DNA of 36,634 nt, from positions 1-36,634 of IMG/VR virus record IMGVR_UViG_3300037991_005821; one strand, 5' to 3'. A program made the translations under genes and the position numbers. Below the pieces are notes generated by a model. That model was not told where the DNA came from, searched no databases, and saw only the letters and a program-made list of their open reading frames with translations. Shown here piece by piece: positions 1 to 8,336 of the stretch. This DNA comes from a virus (Duplodnaviria > Caudoviricetes). How positions within the stretch are numbered: the first letter of the stretch is position 1; every line of letters starts with the position of its first letter.

Positions 1-329
1 AAATCTCCTGCAGGTAAAAGCATAGTAACATATCTTATGTTAGTTGAGCCTCCGCCCAAATCTACTGCATTTGCATCATCAACATTTGAATTATTTTTCC
101 ATTCTTGAAATGTAAACTGCACTTCTGCAGGAACATCTCCCATATTATAAACACAAAATGCTTTTATAGAAGGAACTATAGCAGTACCCTTAGTTCCACT
201 TACAGACAATAAATTTATAAAACCATCTGTATTATCTACTTCTTGTGTATTTTCAAATACTTGATTAAAATTTTTGCTTTTACTAAAAGCATTTCTCCCT
301 AAACTTAAATTTACATTAACATTTGCCAT
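1..329 (-). CDS. Partial (5' part) divergent allele of the 517-aa virion structural protein at 34915-36468
   Basis: ATG at 329 after a GAGGAG SD; reads MANVNVNLSLGRNAFSKSKNF..., colinear with the 36468 gene; truncated by the window edge. Confidence 0.9.
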   Translation of the reverse strand, partial: MANVNVNLSLGRNAFSKSKNFNQVFENTQEVDNTDGFINLLSVSGTKGTAIVPSIKAFCVYNMGDVPAEVQFTFQEWKNNSNVDDANAVDLGGGSTNIRYVTMLLPAGD

Positions 330-495
330 TTTTACTCCTCTACCTTAAATGATACTTTACTGTTGCATGAATCCCATAATCTGAATTAGCTGAGTCTTGC
401 CTAAATGCAAAGACTAAAACTTTGCCTGCATTTACATCTGCAGATTGAACTGTCATTTGTTGATAATAATTTTGCTCGTGTCCTGCTGATACTAT
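1..495. repeat. Imperfect terminal direct repeat, left copy (partner 36140-36634)
   Basis: Ungapped manual alignment at offset 36139; about 45 mismatches in 495 nt (about 91% identity). Confidence 0.95.
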
Positions 496-1122
496 GTCTG
501 CACCATCAGCACAAACAACTCCTCCTGATAAATCTCCACTTGTAGCACCTGAAGTTGTTTCTATGTCGTAGCTCATAAGATGACATCTGACTGTATCTCC
601 AGTTGCTGTATCTGCTCCAACCCAAAACACTACTTTATCTATTGTTATGTTATCGCATAAATAAAAATAATGACCTATAAATCTATGAGAATTACTTGTA
701 AATGTTTTAGATGTATCAGGATTTGTTCCTGTTCCTATGCTTTGAGCTCCCTCATTTACATAAACATAAGATATGGGTATAGCATGATGTGTGTTTGCAG
801 AAAAATCTGACTGAGCATTTGTTACTCCAAAATTTAAATATTGTGTATTTACAGTATGCTGTCCTATGCCTGCCTTAACAAGATCATTTGTAGAATCAAC
901 AGTAACTAAAGCATTACCATCTTTATCAAGTATAACTGTGTTTGTAGTAGAATCTGCAGCAGGCTGTATTTTAGTATTTTGAGTAGATAGATATAAAGAT
1001 GTACCATCTCCATCTCCACAAGTTATTTGTTTTATAGTAGTTGATAAACCTGTATTAGAATTGCTTGTATGAAGTATATCTTTGTAAACATCTTTTAAAG
1101 CACTACCTGTAAAACTTGCCAT
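340..1122 (-). CDS. Putative virion structural / tail-fibre-associated protein (260 aa)
   Basis: Ser/Thr/Gly/Asp-rich, beta-rich appearance; lies in the late structural operon. Confidence 0.6.
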   Translation of the reverse strand: MASFTGSALKDVYKDILHTSNSNTGLSTTIKQITCGDGDGTSLYLSTQNTKIQPAADSTTNTVILDKDGNALVTVDSTNDLVKAGIGQHTVNTQYLNFGVTNAQSDFSANTHHAIPISYVYVNEGAQSIGTGTNPDTSKTFTSNSHRFIGHYFYLCDNITIDKVVFWVGADTATGDTVRCHLMSYDIETTSGATSGDLSGGVVCADGADIVSAGHEQNYYQQMTVQSADVNAGKVLVFAFRQDSANSDYGIHATVKYHLR

Positions 1123-1262
1123 TATTTACCTTCCTTTTCTTCTTCAGACTCTTTTTTTAAATCTTCTAATTCTTTAATTTTGCCTTTTGTCATAATAAAT
1201 TCTTGCTCAAGTAAAATTAATCTTTTTTTATATTCTTGAATTCTCTTGTCGTAATTTACCAC
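1122..1262 (-). CDS. Small coiled-coil protein (46 aa, GTG start; not in ORF track)
   Basis: AAGGAG SD, GTG-VNYDKRIQEYKKRLILLEQEF..., stop overlaps the next ATG (TAATG). Confidence 0.7.
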   Translation of the reverse strand: MVNYDKRIQEYKKRLILLEQEFIMTKGKIKELEDLKKESEEEKEGK

Positions 1263-1275
1263 ATTTTCTCCTTAA

Positions 1276-1965
1276 TTAAAAATTTGTACCAAAAAATACT
1301 GAATTGTCTGTTGCTGTTACTTCAGCCAATGTATAGTCAATATATGGATCTCGACTTGTGCCTGTGTATTCAGTAAAAAAAAGCCCATTCCTATTGTCTG
1401 AAAATCCTGTTGGAGCTACATCTTTTAAATCATAATCATAATTAATTAAAACAATATAAACCTTATCGTTATCTCTCATATCTGCTAAGGCTTGTGCATT
1501 TAAAGTTATAGTATTGTAATCAAGTACATCCCAAGTAGTTACTTCAGATGAATATTCAGTAACATTACTTTCATTATCTCCACCACCACTACCATCTGTT
1601 GAACCTATTCCTGTGCTCCATCCTTCTATTGCATCAAAATCTGCTGTTCCTAAACTTTCTATATCTGAATTTGATTTAAGTGCAATTAAATCTCCTGTTG
1701 ACAGACTAACTCCCCTAATTTTTAAACTTGCAGAAGATACATCTGTTGATATTGCTGAAGTGTCAAACGAAAAAAAAGACCTGTATACATGATAAGCAGA
1801 TCCACCACCTCTAGCTGAAGTTTTGTATGCACCAACCCCTACAACAGCTATACTTGCAGTAGATGTAGAACCTAAACCTCCTGCTCCTGTTCTTGCATTA
1901 TACCAACTTGATTGATTAAAACTTCTTACCCATCCATCACTTGAATCTGCATAAATTGTAGCCAT
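1276..1965 (-). CDS. Virion protein with a DNRLRE/CBM96-like beta-sandwich
   Basis: YRSFFSFDTSAISTDVSSASLKI and C-terminal DPYIDY resemble DNRLRE-type modules; fibre cluster context. Confidence 0.5.
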   Translation of the reverse strand: MATIYADSSDGWVRSFNQSSWYNARTGAGGLGSTSTASIAVVGVGAYKTSARGGGSAYHVYRSFFSFDTSAISTDVSSASLKIRGVSLSTGDLIALKSNSDIESLGTADFDAIEGWSTGIGSTDGSGGGDNESNVTEYSSEVTTWDVLDYNTITLNAQALADMRDNDKVYIVLINYDYDLKDVAPTGFSDNRNGLFFTEYTGTSRDPYIDYTLAEVTATDNSVFFGTNF

Positions 1966-2513
1966 TATAATTCTACCTTAGGCATATAGTAAGTATTCCC
2001 ATTCATATAACTATTAGAATCAGGAGATATTGATATAGATTCAAATGATATAGAGTCAAATGAATGCTCATTGTTTTTTAAATCAAAATTATTCCAATAT
2101 GTAATTTTAGCACCATTTTTACTTCTACTTAACACAAATGATTTAACATTATTCCAATTATTATCTCCATATGTATCAATAAATATTCCATCATAAGTTG
2201 ATAGATTGTCTACAGTATACCAATCGCCTTCTATAATAGTAACATTAGGCTTGTCATCTGCCCATATTTTTAATTTTTCAATAATCTGTGGGTGTATTTC
2301 AATTATTGTATGAGAATTAACACCCTGTGCCTGTATATAATCTGCACAAATCCCCATACCAAATCCTATTTCAAGTATATCGCCTTTATTATGACATATA
2401 AACTCTGCTGATTTTTGCATTATAGGAGCTTCCCAATCCATCATAATTTCAGCTCCATCTGCATTAACTATCCTGTTGTCAAAAAACTCTAATGTTTCGT
2501 CTTTAAAAACCAT
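1965..2513 (-). CDS. Class I SAM-dependent methyltransferase, GAMT/Rmt2-like
   Basis: MMDWEAPIM, motif I ILEIGFGMG, HTIIEIHP, IIEGDW and YDGIFIDTY follow the GAMT/Rmt2 motif series. Confidence 0.85.
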   Translation of the reverse strand: MVFKDETLEFFDNRIVNADGAEIMMDWEAPIMQKSAEFICHNKGDILEIGFGMGICADYIQAQGVNSHTIIEIHPQIIEKLKIWADDKPNVTIIEGDWYTVDNLSTYDGIFIDTYGDNNWNNVKSFVLSRSKNGAKITYWNNFDLKNNEHSFDSISFESISISPDSNSYMNGNTYYMPKVEL

Positions 2514-3616
2514 TAAAATTGAAAATCCAATGTTGCTACTCCATAAGCTATTTCATTATCTGCATCCCAATAAAAAGATAATATATCAACATGATTAGCA
2601 TCTGTTGTTAATGTTGGAGCAGAGCCACCTGCCCATTTAACTGTAGAACTTCCTGATGCTGCACTTCCACTTATGTCATAGACATTCCAATTAGTGATAG
2701 TCCTGCTACCTGTTCCATCTTGTTTTAAAATTAAAGTAAAATTACCTGAAGCTAATGGAAATCCTAACTTTATAGTAGTTATATTTCCACTTCCAAATGT
2801 TAAAAACTGCTTGTTTCCTGCATCAAAGCTAACAACAGTATTACTTGAATTGTAAGTTGGCTCTATTTGGTCAAACCCTACACCACAAGATTCAAACCTA
2901 ACATAATTACCGATAGGGGTTTCAGTAATTTGAATCATACTTGTTCCCCCTGCAACTAAAGTAATAGTATCTGCTGCTTCCTCATATATATAACTATTGC
3001 TCCCACCATCTAAATATAATTTTTGAGTAGCATCTATTTTAACATCTGCTCCTGATACTATTAAATCTCCATCAGGATCTAATGTTAAATGACCTGCTGC
3101 TCCATCAGAATCTGCAGTTGCTATAGTTGTTGCACCATCTGCTGCAACAGTTAAGGTGCATAAATCGTCTAAATCGCCTGCTTTTTGAAAACTAAATACT
3201 CCTGTTTCTGCATCTAAAATTATATCGTTACCTGCATCTAAACTTATATCTGCTTCAGTACCACCACTTGCATCTACAGCTTGAAGTAAACAGTTACCTC
3301 CAAGAACAAACATTCTTACATAATCTTCATCATTACTAGTAGAATACCACCTGTATTCCCCTGTTTTAGCAGTAAAAGCCATTCTTTCATTAGGAGAATT
3401 TAGTATTCCTCTAAGTAAAGTATCAAACTCTATTGCACCTCTAATTATCAAACTATCTTCAGAAAGCTCTAAAATAGATGATTTTTCTCCGATTTTTATA
3501 GGTTTAGAGTCTGCACTTAGAACAGAATCATCTCCCAAAGAAATTGCATTTTTTCTATTAGGTTCAAATGAACCATCTTTAATAGAATTTAATGATGGGA
3601 GTTTGCTTCTTGGCAT
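2513..3616 (-). CDS. Tail fibre / receptor-binding-like protein (367 aa)
   Basis: Gly/Asp/Ala-rich beta repeats; C-terminal FTLILKQDGTGSRTI...VKWAGGSAPTLT...DILSF domain typical of phage fibres. Confidence 0.7.
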   Translation of the reverse strand: MPRSKLPSLNSIKDGSFEPNRKNAISLGDDSVLSADSKPIKIGEKSSILELSEDSLIIRGAIEFDTLLRGILNSPNERMAFTAKTGEYRWYSTSNDEDYVRMFVLGGNCLLQAVDASGGTEADISLDAGNDIILDAETGVFSFQKAGDLDDLCTLTVAADGATTIATADSDGAAGHLTLDPDGDLIVSGADVKIDATQKLYLDGGSNSYIYEEAADTITLVAGGTSMIQITETPIGNYVRFESCGVGFDQIEPTYNSSNTVVSFDAGNKQFLTFGSGNITTIKLGFPLASGNFTLILKQDGTGSRTITNWNVYDISGSAASGSSTVKWAGGSAPTLTTDANHVDILSFYWDADNEIAYGVATLDFQF

Positions 3617-3762
3617 TATCTCATTTTAACCTTTTCAAATATAGGTTTTAAGATCATGTCAAATAACATATCATCATACTTTGTTGGACTAAGTTTTACT
3701 ATTTTCTCTACTATTGTAAAGCCAAGCAAAACCCATTCCCAGTTTGCTGCCATCCATTCCAT
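3616..3762 (-). CDS. Small membrane-associated / holin-like protein (48 aa; not in ORF track)
   Basis: MEWMAANWEWVLLGFTIVEKIVKLSPTKYDD...; fills the gap, stop overlaps the next ATG. Confidence 0.7.
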   Translation of the reverse strand: MEWMAANWEWVLLGFTIVEKIVKLSPTKYDDMLFDMILKPIFEKVKMR

Positions 3763-3763
3763 G

Positions 3764-4048
3764 TTACTTCTCCTTGTTTTCTAATTTTTTTAATCTTCTA
3801 TTAATTTTATTTAAATCTTTTTTGGTAAATAGAGGTGGATGAGAATCTGCTTTTAAAGCCCCCACATCTTTTTCTAACACCTCAATATACTTTAAAGCCT
3901 TGTTTAGGTTTTTCTGAGATTGTTTAAATTTTTTATCTAGCTCATTAGGCTTATTAACATAATCATCTATTTTTTTAAGATTATGTTTTCTTTGTATAGC
4001 TTTATAAATAGAATCAAATATTAATTTTACAATTAACCCTTGTATCAT
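3764..4048 (-). CDS. Hypothetical basic coiled-coil protein in the lysis cluster (94 aa)
   Basis: ORF tightly packed in the operon; N-terminal hydrophobic stretch. Confidence 0.65.
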   Translation of the reverse strand: MIQGLIVKLIFDSIYKAIQRKHNLKKIDDYVNKPNELDKKFKQSQKNLNKALKYIEVLEKDVGALKADSHPPLFTKKDLNKINRRLKKLENKEK

Positions 4049-4257
4049 TGCAAGATACCAACCAAACTAATAGCTACTGTTAGTATAGTAAATAGAGTAA
4101 GCCCTATTGTTTTTAGCTTAACAATATCATTTTCTGCTCTATTCAATCTACCATTTACTCTTTCTAAATGTTCAAAGTTTGCATCAACTTTTTCTTTTAT
4201 ATAAGCAAGATGAGTCATTACCTCGCCTCTATACTCATCAGTATTTTTTGTTTTCAT
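4045..4257 (-). CDS. XhlA-like membrane protein (70 aa)
   Basis: Coiled coil followed by a C-terminal TM helix (IGLTLFTILTVAISLVGIL); lysis context. Confidence 0.6.
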   Translation of the reverse strand: MKTKNTDEYRGEVMTHLAYIKEKVDANFEHLERVNGRLNRAENDIVKLKTIGLTLFTILTVAISLVGILQ

Positions 4258-4546
4258 TCCTCTCCTGCATACGAAGGAACTTGTCCTTCAACCCATTGCC
4301 AGATAATTCAGCAATGATTGTTACTAGGGTTTTAAAACTATTTTCTATACCTTTTTGCTCTAATTGTTGTTTTTTGCTATTATCTATTAATTTAATAATA
4401 ATCCCTTCAACACGAGTAAAAGATTCTCTTAATTCTTTTTGAAGCTCATCTTGTATAAATTTGTTTTGTTTTTGTATAAATAGCCAAAATGCTACAGCTA
4501 CTACTAATGGCACACCATATCTTTCTAATAATTCTAACCAATCCAT
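4238..4546 (-). CDS. Holin-like protein (BhlA/UviB-type architecture, 102 aa)
   Basis: N-terminal TM (YGVPLVVAVAFWLFI) followed by a coiled coil; near the lysozyme. Confidence 0.6.
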   Translation of the reverse strand: MDWLELLERYGVPLVVAVAFWLFIQKQNKFIQDELQKELRESFTRVEGIIIKLIDNSKKQQLEQKGIENSFKTLVTIIAELSGNGLKDKFLRMQERNENKKY

Positions 4547-4684
4547 TTAATATCCCATTAAAATATTATAAATAAATACAATAACATAAATACATAAAAA
4601 CAATAATCCACCCCATATAACCATCATAATCCAAATTAAAATGATTTGATCAAATGTGCTTAACCTTTTATTACCTCTCCCCAT
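4547..4684 (-). CDS. Small hydrophobic membrane protein (45 aa; not in ORF track)
   Basis: MGRGNKRLSTFDQIILIWIMMVIWGGLLFLCIYVIVFIYNILMGY; abuts the next gene. Confidence 0.55.
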   Translation of the reverse strand: MGRGNKRLSTFDQIILIWIMMVIWGGLLFLCIYVIVFIYNILMGY

Positions 4685-5439
4685 AAACAAGTTTTTCCAT
4701 TTATAATTTGAATAATGTGAACTGTAAATAAACCTCTTTCAAAAAAATCTACTATAGCAAAAGCATGACTCCAGTTGATTCTTCTATTACCAAGCCACTC
4801 ATTTGCTTCTGCTGACATATCCTTTAAACATCCAATACTCCAAGCAGATTTTTGACCATCCATATGGGTAGCAGACATTTGTTGTAAGTCGTGCCAATGT
4901 CCATACATTATATTGCAACCAAGTTTTCTTAAATGGTTTGCTGTATGATATTGACCTCCATAGTGATGCCCATGATAAAAATTTAATTTTCCAATCTTTA
5001 AATACTTACCCATAGGATAATAATCATATCCTCTATCAGCCAAATTAACTGCATTAGCAAAGTTGTATTGAGGGATGTAAGGGTATTTAGAAACTGCAAT
5101 ATTAAGCCAATTATCATGATTCCCTTCTGTTATATATTTTTCCTTACAATTTGCCTTATCAAGGGATTCATCTATCATATCCATTCCCTTGTTTACATCT
5201 TTTATGTCTTTTTTAAAATCTTCTATAAGAAACTCTAATGGTGGGGCTTTCTTATTTTTAAATTTCCAATGAGAGAAGCCTTCCCATTCACCAACATCTC
5301 CCAAATCGACATAAGCATCAGGCTTGACTATTTCTATAGTCTTTTTAAGTACATTTATTGCTTTTTGATCGTGTAGGGGAAAATGCTTATCAGGTGTAAC
5401 GACAACTCTTTTAATGACTCCAAAGTCTTTGTTTGCCAT
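4660..5439 (-). CDS. Calcineurin-like metallophosphoesterase
   Basis: DxH (PDKH), DLGD, GNHD, HGH and GHWH motifs in canonical order. Confidence 0.9.
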   Translation of the reverse strand: MANKDFGVIKRVVVTPDKHFPLHDQKAINVLKKTIEIVKPDAYVDLGDVGEWEGFSHWKFKNKKAPPLEFLIEDFKKDIKDVNKGMDMIDESLDKANCKEKYITEGNHDNWLNIAVSKYPYIPQYNFANAVNLADRGYDYYPMGKYLKIGKLNFYHGHHYGGQYHTANHLRKLGCNIMYGHWHDLQQMSATHMDGQKSAWSIGCLKDMSAEANEWLGNRRINWSHAFAIVDFFERGLFTVHIIQIINGKTCLWGEVIKG

Positions 5440-5494
5440 ACATTTCCTCTTAATTCTTTGAAGTAAGTTAATAATTTTTTATGAAAAATAAAAA

Positions 5495-5899
5495 TTAGGC
5501 AAGGCTACGAATAATCTCACTAAGTTCTTGACTTCTAGTTGGAGTTTGTTTATGCCAAAGGGAATCAAGCATCTCATCTGCAGCTTCTTCGTATTGTTGT
5601 GTTTCTAGGTAATAAATGGTTTTTTTGAACATAGAAAATCCTGCAAGACCTAATTGATAACACATATTAACAACAACATCTTGAACTTCTTGAGGAGAGT
5701 CTAAATACCAATCAAATGTATCACAAATTCTGATTTGTAGTTTAGATAATTTTCTCATAAGTATTAAATCTGCAATATCTTCTTCTATTTCTAAGTCTTT
5801 TATAGCAAATCCATACCCTATGGTATCAAATCCTTCTGTGCATTTATAAACCCTAGACCTAAAGCCTTCATGCTTTTTAATCTCATTTATAAGATTCAT
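5495..5899 (-). CDS. Endolysin, T4-type lysozyme (GH24)
   Basis: IKKHEGFRSRVYKCTEGFDTIGYG catalytic segment, NMCYQLG, AADEMLDSLW. Confidence 0.9.
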   Translation of the reverse strand: MNLINEIKKHEGFRSRVYKCTEGFDTIGYGFAIKDLEIEEDIADLILMRKLSKLQIRICDTFDWYLDSPQEVQDVVVNMCYQLGLAGFSMFKKTIYYLETQQYEEAADEMLDSLWHKQTPTRSQELSEIIRSLA

Positions 5900-5913
5900 T
5901 TTTTTATATTATT

Positions 5914-6438
5914 TTAATATTCTATGTAAAATACAAACTCTAAGTCATCTGTTGCTGCATAATCCATTGCTTCATTAGCTATTCCAGTAAAAAAAACACT
6001 AGTTGAATCAGATTCAGCCTCAAGAATCATAGGAAAATAATCTCTTGAATTACTTGCACCCATAAGACCTGAACTTGAATAAATAGCTGCACTTCCTGAG
6101 TCTTGAGATACAACAATTTGCTGAGCACTAAAATCAAGTTTAAATGCACCAAGAACCTTAGCAGCCTGCAAATTTGCATCTGTTATACTTGGAGCAGCAT
6201 TAACTGTGCCAAAATTAGTTTGTTTTGACATAAAAATTAAGCTCATGTCGTGAGATTCTTGATCTTTATCTATTATTGTAAATCCAATTAATTTTGAAGA
6301 ACCACCTTTGCCTATTACAGCATTTGGTATTTCTGTAGCATTAAACATAACATCACCACTATCTGTAGATCCTGCTACAACAGTAGGTTTAACTCTTATA
6401 ACTTTTTTTGCTTGTTTTACAACTCCATCTTGAGCCAT
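5914..6438 (-). CDS. Putative head decoration / structural protein (174 aa)
   Basis: Downstream of the capsid gene; beta-rich composition. Confidence 0.5.
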   Translation of the reverse strand: MAQDGVVKQAKKVIRVKPTVVAGSTDSGDVMFNATEIPNAVIGKGGSSKLIGFTIIDKDQESHDMSLIFMSKQTNFGTVNAAPSITDANLQAAKVLGAFKLDFSAQQIVVSQDSGSAAIYSSSGLMGASNSRDYFPMILEAESDSTSVFFTGIANEAMDYAATDDLEFVFYIEY

Positions 6439-6623
6439 TATTCTTTCTCCTTTTTAGCCTTTTCTTTTTTAGGCTTTGCTTTAGGTTCTTCTAAAACTTC
6501 TATATCAAACTTTCCAATTTTTTTCCATTGTTCTAATCTTGCCTTTCCTACAAAATATTCTACACCAGTTCTTTTTCCAGATGGTGCATACAAACCTTTA
6601 AATTTTACTTTTATATCTTTCAT
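6438..6623 (-). CDS. Small basic hypothetical protein (61 aa)
   Basis: GGAG SD; follows the capsid gene; Lys-rich tail. Confidence 0.65.
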   Translation of the reverse strand: MKDIKVKFKGLYAPSGKRTGVEYFVGKARLEQWKKIGKFDIEVLEEPKAKPKKEKAKKEKE

Positions 6624-6641
6624 ATATTCTCCAGTTAATGC

Positions 6642-6663
6642 AAGGGGAGCATAAGCCCCCCTT
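6642..6663 (-). terminator. GC-rich stem-loop after the major capsid gene (no U-tract; attenuator or mRNA stabiliser)
   Basis: Minus strand AAGGGGGGC-TTAT-GCTCCCCTT forms a 9-bp stem with one G:U pair. Confidence 0.55.
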
Positions 6664-6691
6664 ACAGATTAATAAGCAAAGTAAGAAATTC

Positions 6692-7636
6692 TTACCAAGC
6701 AGTTGTACCATCTTCAACAATACCCCAAACTTTAGTTTGGCTAGCATCTTGATTCAAAGCAGAACCATAAATCATATCGCCTACCATTTTGTGTGCGATA
6801 AAATCAATGTCGTATTCAGATTCAATAGTTGGCTGTTTGCTAAAAGCATAAGCTAAACCTTGATTATGAACAACGAATCCACCAAGAACATTGCCATTTG
6901 TTAATGCACCATCATCAGAATCAACAGCATCATTATGATTTGTTGATGTGATGTTATTAGAAAGAACAACATCCATACCCATAACTGATCCAACTAAACC
7001 ATTTTGAATGTTAGCTGTATTAGTTTTAGAAATATGAATAAAGTCATCTATTCTAAATAATGAAGCATATAAAGTTGGATTTAAAACTAATGTACACTCA
7101 TTAAGTGGACAATCGTTCTCCATTACAACTTTTGATATGTGTGCTAATGTTGCAGCATCAATAGTTTTTGCAGTTGTATTATAAGGCTCAAGATCAATAC
7201 ACTCAGTAGTTAATGCTAAAGTAGCTTCTAAAGAAGCATCAAATCCTAAAGCCATTTTATAGCCAATAGAATCTGCATACATAGATAATAAATCACTACT
7301 TGACTGAACTTTACCCATATCTTCAACCATTGCTGAAGCATAACTATGAGTCGTTACATTTATTGCGATTTCATCTTCTGTTGCATTAGTATAATTTACT
7401 GGAACATGAGGAGCTTTAGTTGCTATATTTGCCACATCAGCTACTGATGGAATATGAATTTTATCTCCACCTGATGCCAATAATGATGAGTAATCAACAC
7501 CTAAGTTCGCTAAAACTAGATTTTTTTTGAATGAAGCTCTTACTGCTTCTGCCCATAGCTCTGGAATAAATACAGCTAATTCTGTATCGGAAGCATATGA
7601 AGCTGTAGGATTTTCTATACCTGTTAATGTTGCCAT
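6692..7636 (-). CDS. Major capsid protein (HK97 fold, P22/N4-gp56-like)
   Basis: FIPELWA, GDKIHIP and GSVMGMDVVLSN motifs; follows the scaffold; AGGAGG SD. Confidence 0.85.
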   Translation of the reverse strand: MATLTGIENPTASYASDTELAVFIPELWAEAVRASFKKNLVLANLGVDYSSLLASGGDKIHIPSVADVANIATKAPHVPVNYTNATEDEIAINVTTHSYASAMVEDMGKVQSSSDLLSMYADSIGYKMALGFDASLEATLALTTECIDLEPYNTTAKTIDAATLAHISKVVMENDCPLNECTLVLNPTLYASLFRIDDFIHISKTNTANIQNGLVGSVMGMDVVLSNNITSTNHNDAVDSDDGALTNGNVLGGFVVHNQGLAYAFSKQPTIESEYDIDFIAHKMVGDMIYGSALNQDASQTKVWGIVEDGTTAW

Positions 7637-7700
7637 TTATTTTCCCTCCTAAAGGAATTAAACTCTCTTTCAACTGCCGAAGCCTTCATTTTGAGAGTTG

Positions 7701-8240
7701 TTATTTTCTAGCTCCCTTTCTTTTTTTGGTGTACTGACCAACAATATTACTCCAGTTTTCTTTTAAAGATTGTTTATTTTGCCAATCAACTGGCTTATCT
7801 GGAATAACATTTCTAGCATTACCAACAACTTCAGGAGCATTTGGTTTTATGTTATTAATTTTACTTGTTACATATTCAAGAGTATCTAAATCTAATTTAG
7901 ATAAAGACTCTCTATCTTCTTCAGGATGACTTTCTAAAAGTTTTCCTCGTCTAGTTTCTTCATACTTAGTCCACTTTTCAGAATTAGCAGTTAAACTTTC
8001 AACTTGAGAAGAAGCCTTTTCATACAATGTTTTAAATTCTTCTTTCTCTTTTAATTTACTTTCTTCTTGTTGTGTGAACTTTTTTTCTAACTCAGCTAAA
8101 CGAGCTTCAGCATCCTGAGCCCTTTTGCGATACTTTTTGCTTTCTGCAATATACTGATCATTTGGGCTAGGTTGAGCAGTTTCTTTAGCAGGACTTTCAC
8201 TTACTGTTTCTGTCGTTGCTTGTGTGTTTTCTTCGGACAT
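7701..8240 (-). CDS. Capsid scaffolding protein
   Basis: Acidic disordered N-terminus, ESKKYRKR coiled coil, directly upstream of the capsid gene. Confidence 0.75.
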   Translation of the reverse strand: MSEENTQATTETVSESPAKETAQPSPNDQYIAESKKYRKRAQDAEARLAELEKKFTQQEESKLKEKEEFKTLYEKASSQVESLTANSEKWTKYEETRRGKLLESHPEEDRESLSKLDLDTLEYVTSKINNIKPNAPEVVGNARNVIPDKPVDWQNKQSLKENWSNIVGQYTKKRKGARK

Positions 8241-8270
8241 ACTGTCCTCCTTCTTGTTATAAAAAACATT

Positions 8271-8335
8271 AATTATGCAAATTTTTGCATATTTTAAGTA
8301 TATAACTTAAATTAAGTTTAGAAATAATGCAAATT
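8271..8335. promoter_or_regulatory. Divergent promoter region between scaffold and TerL
   Basis: Plus TTGCAT(8285-90)-17-TAAATT; minus TTGCAT(8327-32)-17-TAAGTT; palindrome ATGCAA-ATTT-TTGCAT at 8275-8290. Confidence 0.55.
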
Positions 8336-8336
8336 T

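Noticed and set aside
1-495. Diversity-generating retroelement TR/VR pair (with 36140-36634)
   Set aside because: Mismatches are not restricted to adenines, look like ordinary allelic divergence, span two genes, and no reverse transcriptase is present
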